Below, one piece after another: positions 1 to 9,401 of a DNA stretch of 32,000 nucleotides (position 1 is the first letter of the stretch; each line of letters begins with the position of its first letter). Source of the DNA: Synechocystis sp. PCC 6803 substr. PCC-P (GTDB taxonomy: Bacteria > Cyanobacteriota > Cyanobacteriia > Cyanobacteriales > Microcystaceae); the NCBI RefSeq assembly GCF_000284455.1, contig NC_017039.1, forward strand, positions 90,001 through 122,000, read 5' to 3'. Below the pieces are notes generated by a model. The model did no database searches. It was not told the origin of the DNA and saw only the letters and a list, made by a program, of their open reading frames with translations. A program made the translations under genes and the position numbers.

Positions 1-506
1 CTCTGTTCAGCACTGTCACAGACCCACAGTTCTTCCCCCCGCACGGTAATGTTTTCCACCCCAATGCCGGGACTGTAAAAAGTCGCCACTAGCTTGCGGG
101 TATCCCGGCCATAGACCCAGATGTGGCCCCGTTTATGGCAGGTGATGTACACAGTGCTTTCCCAGATGGCCACCCCATTGACTGGGTCATCAAACCAAGC
201 AAATACCTCGGGCTTGAGGTCTGGCCCCTCCAGATTACAGGTGTACACATACTGTCCTGAGCTAAACCATAACTGCCTGTCGGCGATCGCCAGGCCGGTG
301 GCCCCGATGAATTCCTGCCAGTACTGGCCATTGAGCAACTTAGTGTTGTTGGTGTAGGGATCGATTTCCAACAGATAACCATTTTTGCTGTCCACAGCCA
401 AGAGACGCTCTCCATCGAAGACAATGCCATGGATGGAAACAGCGGCCACGGGACGAATGGTTTTTCCCACAAAAGTAGATGAATCGGGCACAGAATCGAC
501 AACCAT
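1..506 (-). CDS. Hypothetical protein, first 168 codons only (3' end runs off the window start); beta-propeller-like repeat composition
   Basis: This gene is absent from the ORF track because it has no stop in the window. The reverse frame from ATG 506-504 is open to base 1 (MVVDSVPDSSTFVGKTIRPVAAVSIHGIVFDGERLLAVDSKNGYLLEIDPYTNN...ELWVCDSAEQ). Composition looks native and it contains a HIP1 site. Track ORFs 89..502(-) and 121..357(+) are off-frame shadows. GTG 512-510 is an alternative start. Confidence 0.6.
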   Translation of the reverse strand, partial: MVVDSVPDSSTFVGKTIRPVAAVSIHGIVFDGERLLAVDSKNGYLLEIDPYTNNTKLLNGQYWQEFIGATGLAIADRQLWFSSGQYVYTCNLEGPDLKPEVFAWFDDPVNGVAIWESTVYITCHKRGHIWVYGRDTRKLVATFYSPGIGVENITVRGEELWVCDSAEQ

Positions 507-736
507 AGACACTAGATGGCAGGACAGTTTAGGCAATTCTACAGCTTAACAAAGGGACCGGTGGAGCAGATGCTCATCACGAACGTTCCCCTCCTACTGT
601 CCCTAGAGGTCGTGCTACCATGCCGTTAGAATGGAAAGGAGGGCAACAAAAACCACTGTTAAACTGTCCTTCTGTCCTAGGAAAGTGCTTCTGTCTGGGC
701 ACAATGTTGAGAGAAATTGCCAAAAGGATTGAGACA

Positions 737-1411
737 ATGGCTAATAGGATAGGTTCACTAAGTTTGGGTTTACTCACTGCCCTAATGGGGGGAGAGTCCC
801 TGGTATCCGTGGCGACGGCCGTCCCTTCGGCCCCCCCCCTGGCGATCGCCCAGAATGGAGTTTCCCCTTTGACGGTGGACGTTTTAAAAAACCTGAGCTA
901 CACCATTCCCGACCAAGGTACATATTCCCTTAACAATGGTGTGTTCGCTGGGGGAACTTTTAGCCTTAATCTGATCAAGCCCATTGCCATTGGGGATGTG
1001 GACCAAGACGGCGACCAGGATGGGGCGGTGATTCTCCGCCGACAGAGTGTAGTTAGTGCCGACGAATTGATCTATCTAGCGGTGGTGACCGTGGAGCCCG
1101 ATGGTTCCCCCACTAACCCTGACACCTATTTCCTTGGCGATCGGGTGCGGGTGCAAAGTTTAGTGGTTAAAAATGGGCAAATCCGTCTCAACATCTTGAA
1201 GCACCAGCCGGGAGATCCCCAATGTTGCCCCAGTGCACTGGTTTCGGAGGCGTATCAGTTGAACAGTGGAGAAGGGACCCTCGCGCCGATCACCCTCAAT
1301 GAACAGCAACGCCAAGAAATTCACATTCAGGATTTACCAAGCCAGGCCCTTCCGGGGGATCAAGACGAGCCATTCCAGCCCTCCCTCGATCAATTCCAAA
1401 TTCAACTCTAG
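737..1411 (+). CDS. Secreted hypothetical protein (signal peptide; Asp/Gly-rich GDVDQDGDQDG motif)
   Basis: This is ORF 620..1411. The in-frame ATG at 737 gives MANRIGSLSLGLLTALMGGESLVSVATA, a typical signal peptide. ATG 704 is an alternative start. I recognise no catalytic motif. Confidence 0.6.
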   Translation: MANRIGSLSLGLLTALMGGESLVSVATAVPSAPPLAIAQNGVSPLTVDVLKNLSYTIPDQGTYSLNNGVFAGGTFSLNLIKPIAIGDVDQDGDQDGAVILRRQSVVSADELIYLAVVTVEPDGSPTNPDTYFLGDRVRVQSLVVKNGQIRLNILKHQPGDPQCCPSALVSEAYQLNSGEGTLAPITLNEQQRQEIHIQDLPSQALPGDQDEPFQPSLDQFQIQL

Positions 1412-1516
1412 CCTTTCCATATAGGGAAGTTAACTATTCGTTACCGCTCTTTTACTGAATTTATTGTTGGTTTTACTAAACATTGACCTTTTTCCCAGTC
1501 ACAGCGGAGCTAAACC

Positions 1517-2482
1517 ATGGAAGCCTTTTTTCTCTTCTTTCTCGTCTTCTTCGGATCGGCGATCGGTACATCCGTCAAAATTGTTAACGAAAAAAATGAA
1601 TACCTAGTGGAACGCCTAGGAAGTTATAACAAAAAACTTACCCCAGGGCTGAATTTTACGGTTCCTATTTTGGATCGGGTCGTTTTTAAGCAAACCACCA
1701 GGGAAAAAGTCATCGACATTCCCCCCCAATCCTGTATTACCAAAGACAACGTGGCCATCACCGCCGATGCTGTGGTCTATTGGCGCATTATCGATATGGA
1801 GAAAGCTTATTACAAGGTGGAAAATTTACAGTCCGCCATGGTGAACTTGGTGTTGACCCAAATCCGCTCTGAAATTGGCAAGCTTGAGTTGGACCAAACC
1901 TTCACTGCCCGGACGGAAATTAATGAATTACTACTGCGGGAACTGGATATTTCCACCGACCCTTGGGGGGTGAAGGTTACTAGGGTGGAATTACGGGACA
2001 TTATGCCTTCTAAAGCAGTGTTGGATTCCATGGAACTGCAAATGACCGCAGAGAGAAAAAAACGGGCGGCTATTCTCACTTCCGAAGGTCAACGGGATTC
2101 TGCCATCAACTCCGCCCAGGGGGATGCCCAAGCTCGGGTGTTAGAAGCGGAGGCTAAGAAAAAAGCGGCTATCCTCAATGCAGAAGCGGAACAACAGAAA
2201 AAAGTGTTGGAAGCTAAGGCTACAGCGGAGGCCCTCAGTATCCTTACGGAAAAATTGAGTTCTGATAACCATGCTCGGGAAGCGTTGCAATTCCTTTTGG
2301 CCCAGCAATATCTCAATATGGGCACCACCATTGGTAGTAGTGACAGTAGCAAAGTGATGTTCCTTGATCCCCGTAACATTCTTTCCACCCTGGAAGGAGT
2401 ACGGTCTATTGTGGGGGATGGGGCCCTAGATGAAGGATTAGAGGCGGCTTTGAATAAGGTAGACCGCCATCGGGCAGTTTAG
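1517..2482 (+). CDS. SPFH/Band-7 (stomatin/prohibitin-like) membrane protein
   Basis: The protein has an N-terminal TM segment ([14 protein letters not shown]). The SPFH core reads [15 protein letters not shown]...[25 protein letters not shown]...TRVELRDI, followed by an Ala/Glu/Lys-rich coiled-coil tail typical of the family. Confidence 0.9.
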
Positions 2483-3127
2483 GCAGTTAGCTTGGGGGCT
2501 GGGCTTTCTTGCTAAAGGCTACCATTTCAGGTTATATTCAGTTTAAATTCCTTGGGTATTAGGTTTATTTTTTGACAATGCCCGGGATATTTTGGGGGGA
2601 CTCCAACCCCTCAGGCTTGACGTCCAATGGAATCATTGACGTTGATCCAGGGATAACCAGCAAAAGTTATGCCCCTGTAGTGAATCGCCGTAAGCAGCCC
2701 CCGATTCTTCTTTTCTAATCGTTACCGGTTGTCGTTCTTGCGGTGAAGAAAAACAGATAGTTTTTTCCGTCTTAAACTGCCTCCAATACTCTTGCCTATC
2801 TATCTCCCCCGTCCGTGCGATGGGCGGCTGTCCCCTGGGAGTTTCCCTGGGAATATCTACGGCTTTCTCCAGCAAGCTGACTGTAACCCCTGTCCCCCAA
2901 AGGTCCCTGTTCACCCCCAATCGGGCAGCTGGGGTGGCAAAAAACGGTCACAACTATAGCAACTGAGATGACGGGAATAGTTCACTGGGCCAGAGGGTAG
3001 GTTGACCCTAGAGAGGAAAATATTCAGTTTACCCAATGTCCAACATTACAACATTTTTCTGTAGGCCACCTTGCCCCTGTCCACACCACTGGGACCGCTT
3101 TGGGATGGCCTTTTGAGGAATATATTT

Positions 3128-5152
3128 ATGCCAAAACAAATTGTCATTGCTGAAAAACATCAGGTTGCTGCTGTTTTTTGGAAGGATCAAATTCAAGAAT
3201 TGGTGGTGTCCACGGGCAGCCAACAGGTGGGAGATATTTATTTAGGCTTAGTTGACAATATTCTGCCCAGCATTGACGCCGCTTTTATTAACATTGGGGA
3301 CACCGAAAAAAATGGCTTTATCCACGTCAGTGACCTCGGCCCAGTTAGATTAAGGCGCACCGCCGGTTCCATTTCTGAACTTTTATCTCCTCAACAAAGA
3401 GTGTTGGTGCAGGTGATGAAGGAACCCACCGGCAATAAGGGCCCCCGCCTAACTGGAAATATCAGTATGCCGGGGCGTTATATGGTGTTGATGCCCTATG
3501 GCCGGGGAGTGAATCTTTCCCGTCGGATTAACCGGGAGGAGGAACGCAGTCGTTTGAGGGCTTTGGCTGTGTTAATCAAGCCACCGGGCATGGGACTGCT
3601 AGTGCGGACTGAAGCGGAAGATGTGCCGGAAGATGCGATTATCGAAGATTTGGAAAATCTGCAAAAACAATGGGAATTGGTGCAACAACAGGCCATGACC
3701 CGTAGTGCCCCCATGCTTCTGGACCGGGATGATGATTTCATCAAGCGAGTGCTGCGGGATATGTACTCCAGCGAAGTGAATCGCATTGTGGTGGATACCC
3801 CGGCGGGGATGAAACGGATTAAACAACAGTTGATGAACTGGGATCAAGGTCGTTTGCCGGAGGGAGTTTTAATTGATTGTCACCGGGAATCCCTCAGTAT
3901 TCTGGAGTATTTCCGGGTCAATGCCACTATCCGGGAAGCCCTTAAACCCAGGGTGGATCTGCCTTCGGGGGGTTATATAATCATTGAGCCGACGGAAGCT
4001 TTGACGGTAATTGACGTTAACTCTGGTTCCTTTACCCATTCGGCCAATTCCCGGGAAACGGTGCTCTGGACTAACTATGAAGCGGCGACGGAAATTGCGC
4101 GTCAGTTGAAACTGAGAAATATTGGCGGGGTGATCATTATCGATTTCATTGATATGGATTCCCATAAGGACCAGTTGCAACTTTTGGAGCATTTTAACCG
4201 CTGCTTGGAAACGGATAAGGCCAGGCCCCAGATCGCCCAGTTGACGGAGTTGGGACTAGTGGAGTTGACCCGTAAGCGCCAGGGACAAAATTTGTATGAA
4301 CTATTTGGACAGCCTTGTCCTGAGTGTGGTGGTTTAGGACATTTGGTGGAACTCCCTGGCGAGAAGGGTTTTGTTTCCCTGTCCCCCACAGCGGTCAACA
4401 GTAGCATTCCCCCCCGGTTGGTGGAAAAACCGATTCTCTCTCCCCCCGTTGCCAAGGTCAATGACCTGCCCAAGAAGGAAGAAGCAAAAATATCTAGCCC
4501 CCTGGACTTACTTTTCCATCCTAATTATCAAGAGCAGGGCGATCGGGATAGTAACCGTCGTCGTCGTCGCCGTCGAGGCTCGGAGTTTTCTGAAAAGGAA
4601 AATATTAAATCTGTGGGAATTTCCCGTAGTAAGGGTCCCAGCCCCAGCCCCACTAAGGAGAAAGTGACGGGCACTGCTCCTCCCCGCCGTGAACGGCCTT
4701 CCCGTCGAGTGGAAAAAACCTTGGTTCCGGTCGATGTCGCCATGACAACGTTGGAGCAGGATATTTATGCTCGTATGGGAATTTCTCCCCTAATCAAAAC
4801 GGAGTACGCTGATCAAGACCCCCGCTCCTTTATGGTTTCGGTGGTTACGGCGGGAGCGGCCTTGGAGGGAAACACTAACGGTAGTGGCAGTCTGGTTAAT
4901 GCTGTTATTACAACGGTGGACAATGGAGACAACGGGGATAACGTCCCCAGTGATGGGTTGACAATTGTATCTGAGGTCACAGCCCCAACCCCGGTTATTG
5001 AGCAACCAAGGGAGGAAACGGTTGAGCCGGAACAGGTTGTCTTACCCCAACTTGATGATGAAACTCCAGCCGCTCCGGTGGCAGAGGAGTCTGCTCCCAT
5101 AGAAACAAAAAAACGTCCTGGCAGAAGACGGCGGCGTTCTTCAGCGGAGTAG
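3128..5152 (+). CDS. rne: Ribonuclease E (compact cyanobacterial type, 674 aa from ATG 3128)
   Basis: It has an S1 domain (GDIYLGLVDNILPSIDAAFINIGDTEKNGFIHVSDL), DNase-I-like catalytic Asp motifs (VIDVNSGSF, IIIDFIDM) and a Zn-link (CPECGGLG). The C-terminal half is disordered with Arg-rich segments (RRRRRRR at 4556-4576; RRRRRSSAE at 5123-5149). The start is set at MPKQIVIAEK rather than the upstream TTG of the track. Confidence 0.92.
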   Translation: MPKQIVIAEKHQVAAVFWKDQIQELVVSTGSQQVGDIYLGLVDNILPSIDAAFINIGDTEKNGFIHVSDLGPVRLRRTAGSISELLSPQQRVLVQVMKEPTGNKGPRLTGNISMPGRYMVLMPYGRGVNLSRRINREEERSRLRALAVLIKPPGMGLLVRTEAEDVPEDAIIEDLENLQKQWELVQQQAMTRSAPMLLDRDDDFIKRVLRDMYSSEVNRIVVDTPAGMKRIKQQLMNWDQGRLPEGVLIDCHRESLSILEYFRVNATIREALKPRVDLPSGGYIIIEPTEALTVIDVNSGSFTHSANSRETVLWTNYEAATEIARQLKLRNIGGVIIIDFIDMDSHKDQLQLLEHFNRCLETDKARPQIAQLTELGLVELTRKRQGQNLYELFGQPCPECGGLGHLVELPGEKGFVSLSPTAVNSSIPPRLVEKPILSPPVAKVNDLPKKEEAKISSPLDLLFHPNYQEQGDRDSNRRRRRRRGSEFSEKENIKSVGISRSKGPSPSPTKEKVTGTAPPRRERPSRRVEKTLVPVDVAMTTLEQDIYARMGISPLIKTEYADQDPRSFMVSVVTAGAALEGNTNGSGSLVNAVITTVDNGDNGDNVPSDGLTIVSEVTAPTPVIEQPREETVEPEQVVLPQLDDETPAAPVAEESAPIETKKRPGRRRRRSSAE

Positions 5153-5160
5153 GTATTAGC

Positions 5161-5808
5161 TTGATTCACCCCTCCAGTGACTACAACGATCGCCAATGGT
5201 GGCAAGAAAGCCAAGGATTAGGTGGCGATCGCCTGGTGGCGGGGGTGGATGAAGTGGGGCGAGGCGCTTTATTCGGGCCAGTGGTGGCGGCGGCGGTGCT
5301 AGTGCCCATCGAAGCCATTAACCAATTGCAGGCCTTGGGGGTAAAGGATAGTAAACAGCTTTCTCCCCAACATCGTTCCCAGTTAGCCCAGGCACTGCCC
5401 GATTATGTCCATAGCTATGGCATTAGCTTTGCCGATGTGCCCACCATTAACCGGGTTAATATTCGTCAAGCCAGTCTGTTGGCCATGGAAAGGGCGGTGC
5501 AAAAATTGCCTGTTATGCCGGCCTGGGTGTTGGTGGACGGGCGGGATACTTTACCCCACATTGCCATGGCCCAAATGGCCGTTACGGGGGGGGATAGAAA
5601 ATCTTTACTAATTAGTGCTGCCAGCATTTTGGCTAAGGTGTGGCGGGATACTTTAATTACCCGTTTAGCAGAACGCTTTCCTGGCTACGACCTGGCCAGC
5701 AATAAGGGTTATGGTACGGCCAAACATCGTCAAGGATTAAGGCAGTATGGTGCGACTCCTCTACACCGACCGCTTTTTTGCCGCAAAATTATTGAAAACC
5801 CAGATTGA
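5161..5808 (+). CDS. rnhB: Ribonuclease HII
   Basis: It carries the VAGVDEVGRGALFGPVV (DExGRG) and DSKQLS motifs plus a C-terminal SNKGYGTAKH. It starts 9 nt after the rne stop, so it is probably co-transcribed. The start codon is uncertain (TTG 5161 or an internal GTG). Confidence 0.85.
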   Translation: MIHPSSDYNDRQWWQESQGLGGDRLVAGVDEVGRGALFGPVVAAAVLVPIEAINQLQALGVKDSKQLSPQHRSQLAQALPDYVHSYGISFADVPTINRVNIRQASLLAMERAVQKLPVMPAWVLVDGRDTLPHIAMAQMAVTGGDRKSLLISAASILAKVWRDTLITRLAERFPGYDLASNKGYGTAKHRQGLRQYGATPLHRPLFCRKIIENPD

Positions 5809-5817
5809 GTAGCCCGG

Positions 5818-6228
5818 TCAACTGAGAAACTTTTGGCGTAGGGCCTGGATAATTTCCCCATTAGCCTTGGGAAAACGGTACTCGCCCAAATCGGTGATCG
5901 CCACCCAGCGGATTTCTTCACAGGCAATGGTTTGGGGCTGCCCCGAGAGATATTGACAGAGATGGACGTAGAGAGTTAGGCGCACCTGGGGATAACTATG
6001 GTCAATGGTGATCAGAGATTCCCCCACCGCCACTTCAATGGCAATTTCCTCCCGCACTTCTCGGACAATACATTCAGCCGCCGTTTCCCCCGGCTCTAGT
6101 TTGCCCCCAGGAAATTCCCATAGCCCCCCAAAGGAACCTCCCACCGGACGGCGATCGATCAATACTTCACCTTGGTCATTAATAATTACCGCTACGCCAA
6201 TTTGTTTATGCTTGCTGGGAAAAGTCAT
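5818..6228 (-). CDS. mutT: Nudix hydrolase, MutT (8-oxo-dGTPase)-like
   Basis: The Nudix box reads GGLWEFPGGKLEPGETAAECIVREVREEIAIEV, which is close to the E. coli MutT pattern WEFPGGKxExGE. It is convergent with rnhB with a 9-nt gap. Confidence 0.8.
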   Translation of the reverse strand: MTFPSKHKQIGVAVIINDQGEVLIDRRPVGGSFGGLWEFPGGKLEPGETAAECIVREVREEIAIEVAVGESLITIDHSYPQVRLTLYVHLCQYLSGQPQTIACEEIRWVAITDLGEYRFPKANGEIIQALRQKFLS

Positions 6229-6257
6229 AGAATTTGCCAGAAATTTACAAAATGAGC

Positions 6258-6289
6258 AAAAAATCCCCCAAGATATCGAATCTTAGGGG
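6258..6289 (-). terminator. Putative intrinsic terminator downstream of pnp
   Basis: The arms 6265-6274 (CCCCCAAGAT) and 6280-6289 (ATCTTAGGGG) pair at 9 of 10 positions around a 5-nt loop. On the minus strand a run of six T (A-run 6258-6263 on plus) follows one base after the stem. The element lies 36 nt after the pnp stop. Confidence 0.55.
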
Positions 6290-6324
6290 AATAATACAGA
6301 GTTTTAATGGTCTTTGACTAACAA

Positions 6325-8481
6325 TTAACCCCGGCTAGCGTTACGACGGGCTTCCGCTGCTTCATCGGGGTGAATGCCCAAGCGGGTGAGGTTCAAGCGG
6401 CCTTTACTGTCAATTTCCCGTACTTTGACAATGACCTCATCGCCCACACCCACTTCATCTTCCACCTTGCCAACCCGGCCTTCCGTTAGCTGGGAAATGT
6501 GGATCATGCCTTCTTTTCCAGGTAGCACTTCCACAAAGGCACCAATGGGAATGATGCGGGTTACCCGACCGAGGTACACTTCCCCTTCGTTGAGTTTGCG
6601 GGTCATGTTATAAATCATTTGCCGCGCCCGTTCTGCCCGTTCCCCTTCACTGGAAGCAATGGTGACGGTACCGTCGTCGGCAATGTCAATCTTACAACTG
6701 GTTTGTTCGGTGATGCCCTTAATGGTTTTACCACCGGGCCCAATAACCATGCCGATGTGTTCCGGCTCAATTTTCAGGGTTAACAACCGGGGGGCAAAGG
6801 GAGACAACTCAGGACGGGGTTCCCGGATCGTCGCCAACATTTTGTCGAGGATATGGAGTCGGGCGGGGAGAGCTTGCATAATGGCTTTGGACACCACTTC
6901 CATGCTCAGACCATCAATTTTCATATCCATTTGCAGGGCGGTAATACCGGAATCGGTACCAGCTACTTTGAAATCCATGTCGCCAAGGAAATCTTCAATG
7001 CCCTGAATGTCGGTGAGAATGCGAATTTCATCCCCTTCCTTGATTAAACCCATGGCGGCGCCACTAACGGGTTTTTTAATCGGTACCCCCGCATCCATGA
7101 GAGCAAGGGTGGAGCCACAAACGGATCCCATGGAAGTGGAACCGTTGGAAGACAGCACTTCCGACACAACCCGTACCACATAGGGAAAGTCTTCCTGGGG
7201 GGGGAGCACTGGTATGATGGCCCGTTCAGCAAGAGCACCGTGGCCAATTTCTCGGCGGCCAGGGGAGCGCATGGGGCGGGCCTCACCGACGGAATAGGGG
7301 GGGAAGTTGTAGTGATGCAGATAACGTTTTTCGTCCTCGGGATGGAGGTCATCCGCTAAATCTTGGGCATCGCCGGGGGAACCAAGGGTAGCCAGGGAGA
7401 GCACCTGGGTTAAACCACGGTTAAACAGTCCACTGCCATGGACCCGGCGGGGTAGAAAACCGACTTCGCAGCTAATGGGGCGTACCTGTTCGAGTTTGCG
7501 GCCGTCTACCCGTACTCCATCATCAACAATCTGTTTCCGCATTAACTTTTTGGTCAATGCTTTGTAGAGGTTGCCGACTAGTTTGGGGTCTTCTTCTACA
7601 CTTTGTTTAACGGGATCGGTTTCTGGTAATTCGGCGATCGCCGTTTCCACTTCGGTGGCTTTAATTTCATCGAGGGCGGCATCCCGACCATCTTTACCCA
7701 GGTCAAATTGACCGAGCACGGTGATGATTTTTTTAGAGGCTCTGTTTGCAATGAACTCTTCCACGGCGGTATTGACCGGGGGCGGCTCGGAAGTGGCCAG
7801 GGTAATGCCCAGGTCTGTCATCAATTCCCGCTGGGCGTTGATCAGATCCTGCACTGCTTCATAGCCAAAATCAATTGCTTCGATGATGTCCTGTTCCGGC
7901 AACTGGTTCGCCCCAGCTTCCACCATGACAATACCGGCGGGGGTACCGGCCACCACCAGGTCCAAATCTCCGTTATGGACTTCCCGATAGGTGGGATTAA
8001 TAATGAAATCATCCCCTACTAAACCTACCCGCACAGCGGCCATGGGACCTTTGAAAGGAATTTGGGCCAGGATGACCGCCACGGAAGCCCCGGTCACCGC
8101 TAACACATCGGGGGGCACTTCCTCATCCATGGAGAGGGTGGTGGCTACTATTTGCAGTTCATCCCGCAGCCAATGGGGGAATAGGGGACGCAAAGGACGG
8201 TCAATGAGGCGGCTGATTAATGTGGCCTTTTCTGGGGGTCGGCCTTCCCGCCGCAAAAAACCGCCCGGAATACGGCCTGCGGCATAGAGTCGTCCTTCGT
8301 AGTCCACCGTTAAGGGTAGAAAATCAATGCCATCCCTTCCTTTAGCTCTGGTCGCCGTGACCAACACCGCTGTATCGCCGGATTGAATGAGGACTGAACC
8401 TCCTGCTTGGGGGGCTAGGGTTCCCATTTTGAGTCTTATATCCCGTCCGTCGAAGGATATGGACTTGTCAAACTCTTGCAT
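6325..8481 (-). CDS. pnp: Polynucleotide phosphorylase
   Basis: The 718-aa protein has two RNase-PH-like domains ([22 protein letters not shown]...; [29 protein letters not shown]). A KH domain ([14 protein letters not shown]) and an S1 domain ([33 protein letters not shown]) follow. Confidence 0.95.
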   Translation of the reverse strand: MQEFDKSISFDGRDIRLKMGTLAPQAGGSVLIQSGDTAVLVTATRAKGRDGIDFLPLTVDYEGRLYAAGRIPGGFLRREGRPPEKATLISRLIDRPLRPLFPHWLRDELQIVATTLSMDEEVPPDVLAVTGASVAVILAQIPFKGPMAAVRVGLVGDDFIINPTYREVHNGDLDLVVAGTPAGIVMVEAGANQLPEQDIIEAIDFGYEAVQDLINAQRELMTDLGITLATSEPPPVNTAVEEFIANRASKKIITVLGQFDLGKDGRDAALDEIKATEVETAIAELPETDPVKQSVEEDPKLVGNLYKALTKKLMRKQIVDDGVRVDGRKLEQVRPISCEVGFLPRRVHGSGLFNRGLTQVLSLATLGSPGDAQDLADDLHPEDEKRYLHHYNFPPYSVGEARPMRSPGRREIGHGALAERAIIPVLPPQEDFPYVVRVVSEVLSSNGSTSMGSVCGSTLALMDAGVPIKKPVSGAAMGLIKEGDEIRILTDIQGIEDFLGDMDFKVAGTDSGITALQMDMKIDGLSMEVVSKAIMQALPARLHILDKMLATIREPRPELSPFAPRLLTLKIEPEHIGMVIGPGGKTIKGITEQTSCKIDIADDGTVTIASSEGERAERARQMIYNMTRKLNEGEVYLGRVTRIIPIGAFVEVLPGKEGMIHISQLTEGRVGKVEDEVGVGDEVIVKVREIDSKGRLNLTRLGIHPDEAAEARRNASRG

Positions 8482-8608
8482 TTAACGTGTTTTCCTTATG
8501 TGCTATGACGTTTCTTCTTCTCAGCAGATCCTAACACCATTGACGAACCCTGGGCCGACCAAAGGTTGATCACCGGGGAAATGGGCCTTGTCCACCGGGT
8601 GTCGGGTA

Positions 8609-9199
8609 TTAGGTATTGATGATGGTACGGGCTGGGACAAAGGTGAAGCTACCCAGTTGGCCCCAACGGCTGGCGGGGAAAAAACGAAATAGGGCATGGC
8701 CGATGATATTTTGCTGGGGTAAAAATCCCCATACATGGGAATCATTGCTGTTGTTGCGGTTATCCCCCATGACAAACACCTGACCGTCCGGCACCCGCAC
8801 TGCGGGCAAATTATATTGGGGCGGCTCCAAAATATATTCTTCCTGTAAAGGTTGCCCATCCCGGTAAACAATGCCGTTGTTAACTTCCACTGTTTGCCCC
8901 GGCAACGCAATGACTCGTTTAATAAATGCCTGCCCTAGATCATAGCCTTGTACTTGCAGCAACTCCGGCGGATGGAACACAATAATGTCCCCCACCTGGG
9001 GTGGATGGAAATGGTAGGACACCTTCTCCACCACCAGGCGATCGCCTTGTTCGAGGGTGGGCAACATGGAATCGGAGGGAATGTAGCGGGGTTCCGCCAC
9101 AAAGAAACGCAGCAGCAGGGCCAGCACCAGGGCCACCATGAGCAGGGGGATGTTTTCCTTGATGAATTGCCAAGGGGAAGGGATGGGGGAATTTTGCAT
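8609..9199 (-). CDS. lepB: Signal peptidase I
   Basis: It has an N-terminal TM segment, the catalytic Ser box SDSMLPTL, the Lys box IKRVIALPGQ and the GDNRNNSNDSH box. Confidence 0.9.
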   Translation of the reverse strand: MQNSPIPSPWQFIKENIPLLMVALVLALLLRFFVAEPRYIPSDSMLPTLEQGDRLVVEKVSYHFHPPQVGDIIVFHPPELLQVQGYDLGQAFIKRVIALPGQTVEVNNGIVYRDGQPLQEEYILEPPQYNLPAVRVPDGQVFVMGDNRNNSNDSHVWGFLPQQNIIGHALFRFFPASRWGQLGSFTFVPARTIINT

Positions 9200-9401
9200 A
9201 AAAGGGAATCGAACGGGAAAAGCTCCTCGGGTTAGAATCTGGGGAGATTGATGGGGCTAGATACATGGGCAAACCCTGACAGCTAGGGCAAACCTCGGTA
9301 AGCAAAGGCCACAGATCAAGCATAATCGAGGAGAGACTGCGTACCCAAACGCCGCCTGACATTGTTGAATTTCGCTTTTCAAACCCTTTTTCCATCGCCC
9401 T

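Noticed and set aside
89-502. Track ORFs 89..502(-) 137 aa and 121..357(+) 78 aa
   Set aside because: Both are off-frame shadows of the window-truncated minus-strand gene 1..506. Their translations are low in complexity (Ser/Pro/Trp-rich) and unlike real proteins.
2579-2920. ORF 2633..2920(-) 95 aa and a 49-codon plus-strand ORF (2579-2728) in the rne upstream spacer
   Set aside because: Neither has a recognisable motif, and both have odd composition (Arg/Pro/Gly/Trp-rich). The region is better explained as a leader or non-coding sequence. I also looked for RNase P RNA, tmRNA and SRP RNA signature strings and found none.
3496-5214. Antisense and alternative-frame ORFs within rne (3496..3786, 3599..3847, 3869..4192, 4102..4473, 4371..4667, 4528..4743, 4790..5005, 4813..5214)
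   Set aside because: All are embedded in the strongly supported rne frame. They are typical shadow ORFs of moderately GC-rich coding DNA.
6374-8287. Plus-strand ORFs inside pnp (6374..6613, 6659..7006, 6853..7047, 7708..8022, 7991..8287) and the minus-strand alternative frame 7044..7352
   Set aside because: These are shadow ORFs opposite or out of frame to an unambiguous 718-aa PNPase.
8521-9395. ORFs 8521..8910(-), 8940..9395(-) and 8948..9235(+) overlapping lepB
   Set aside because: They are alternative frames of the signal peptidase gene and have no motifs. The lepB frame carries all the catalytic boxes.
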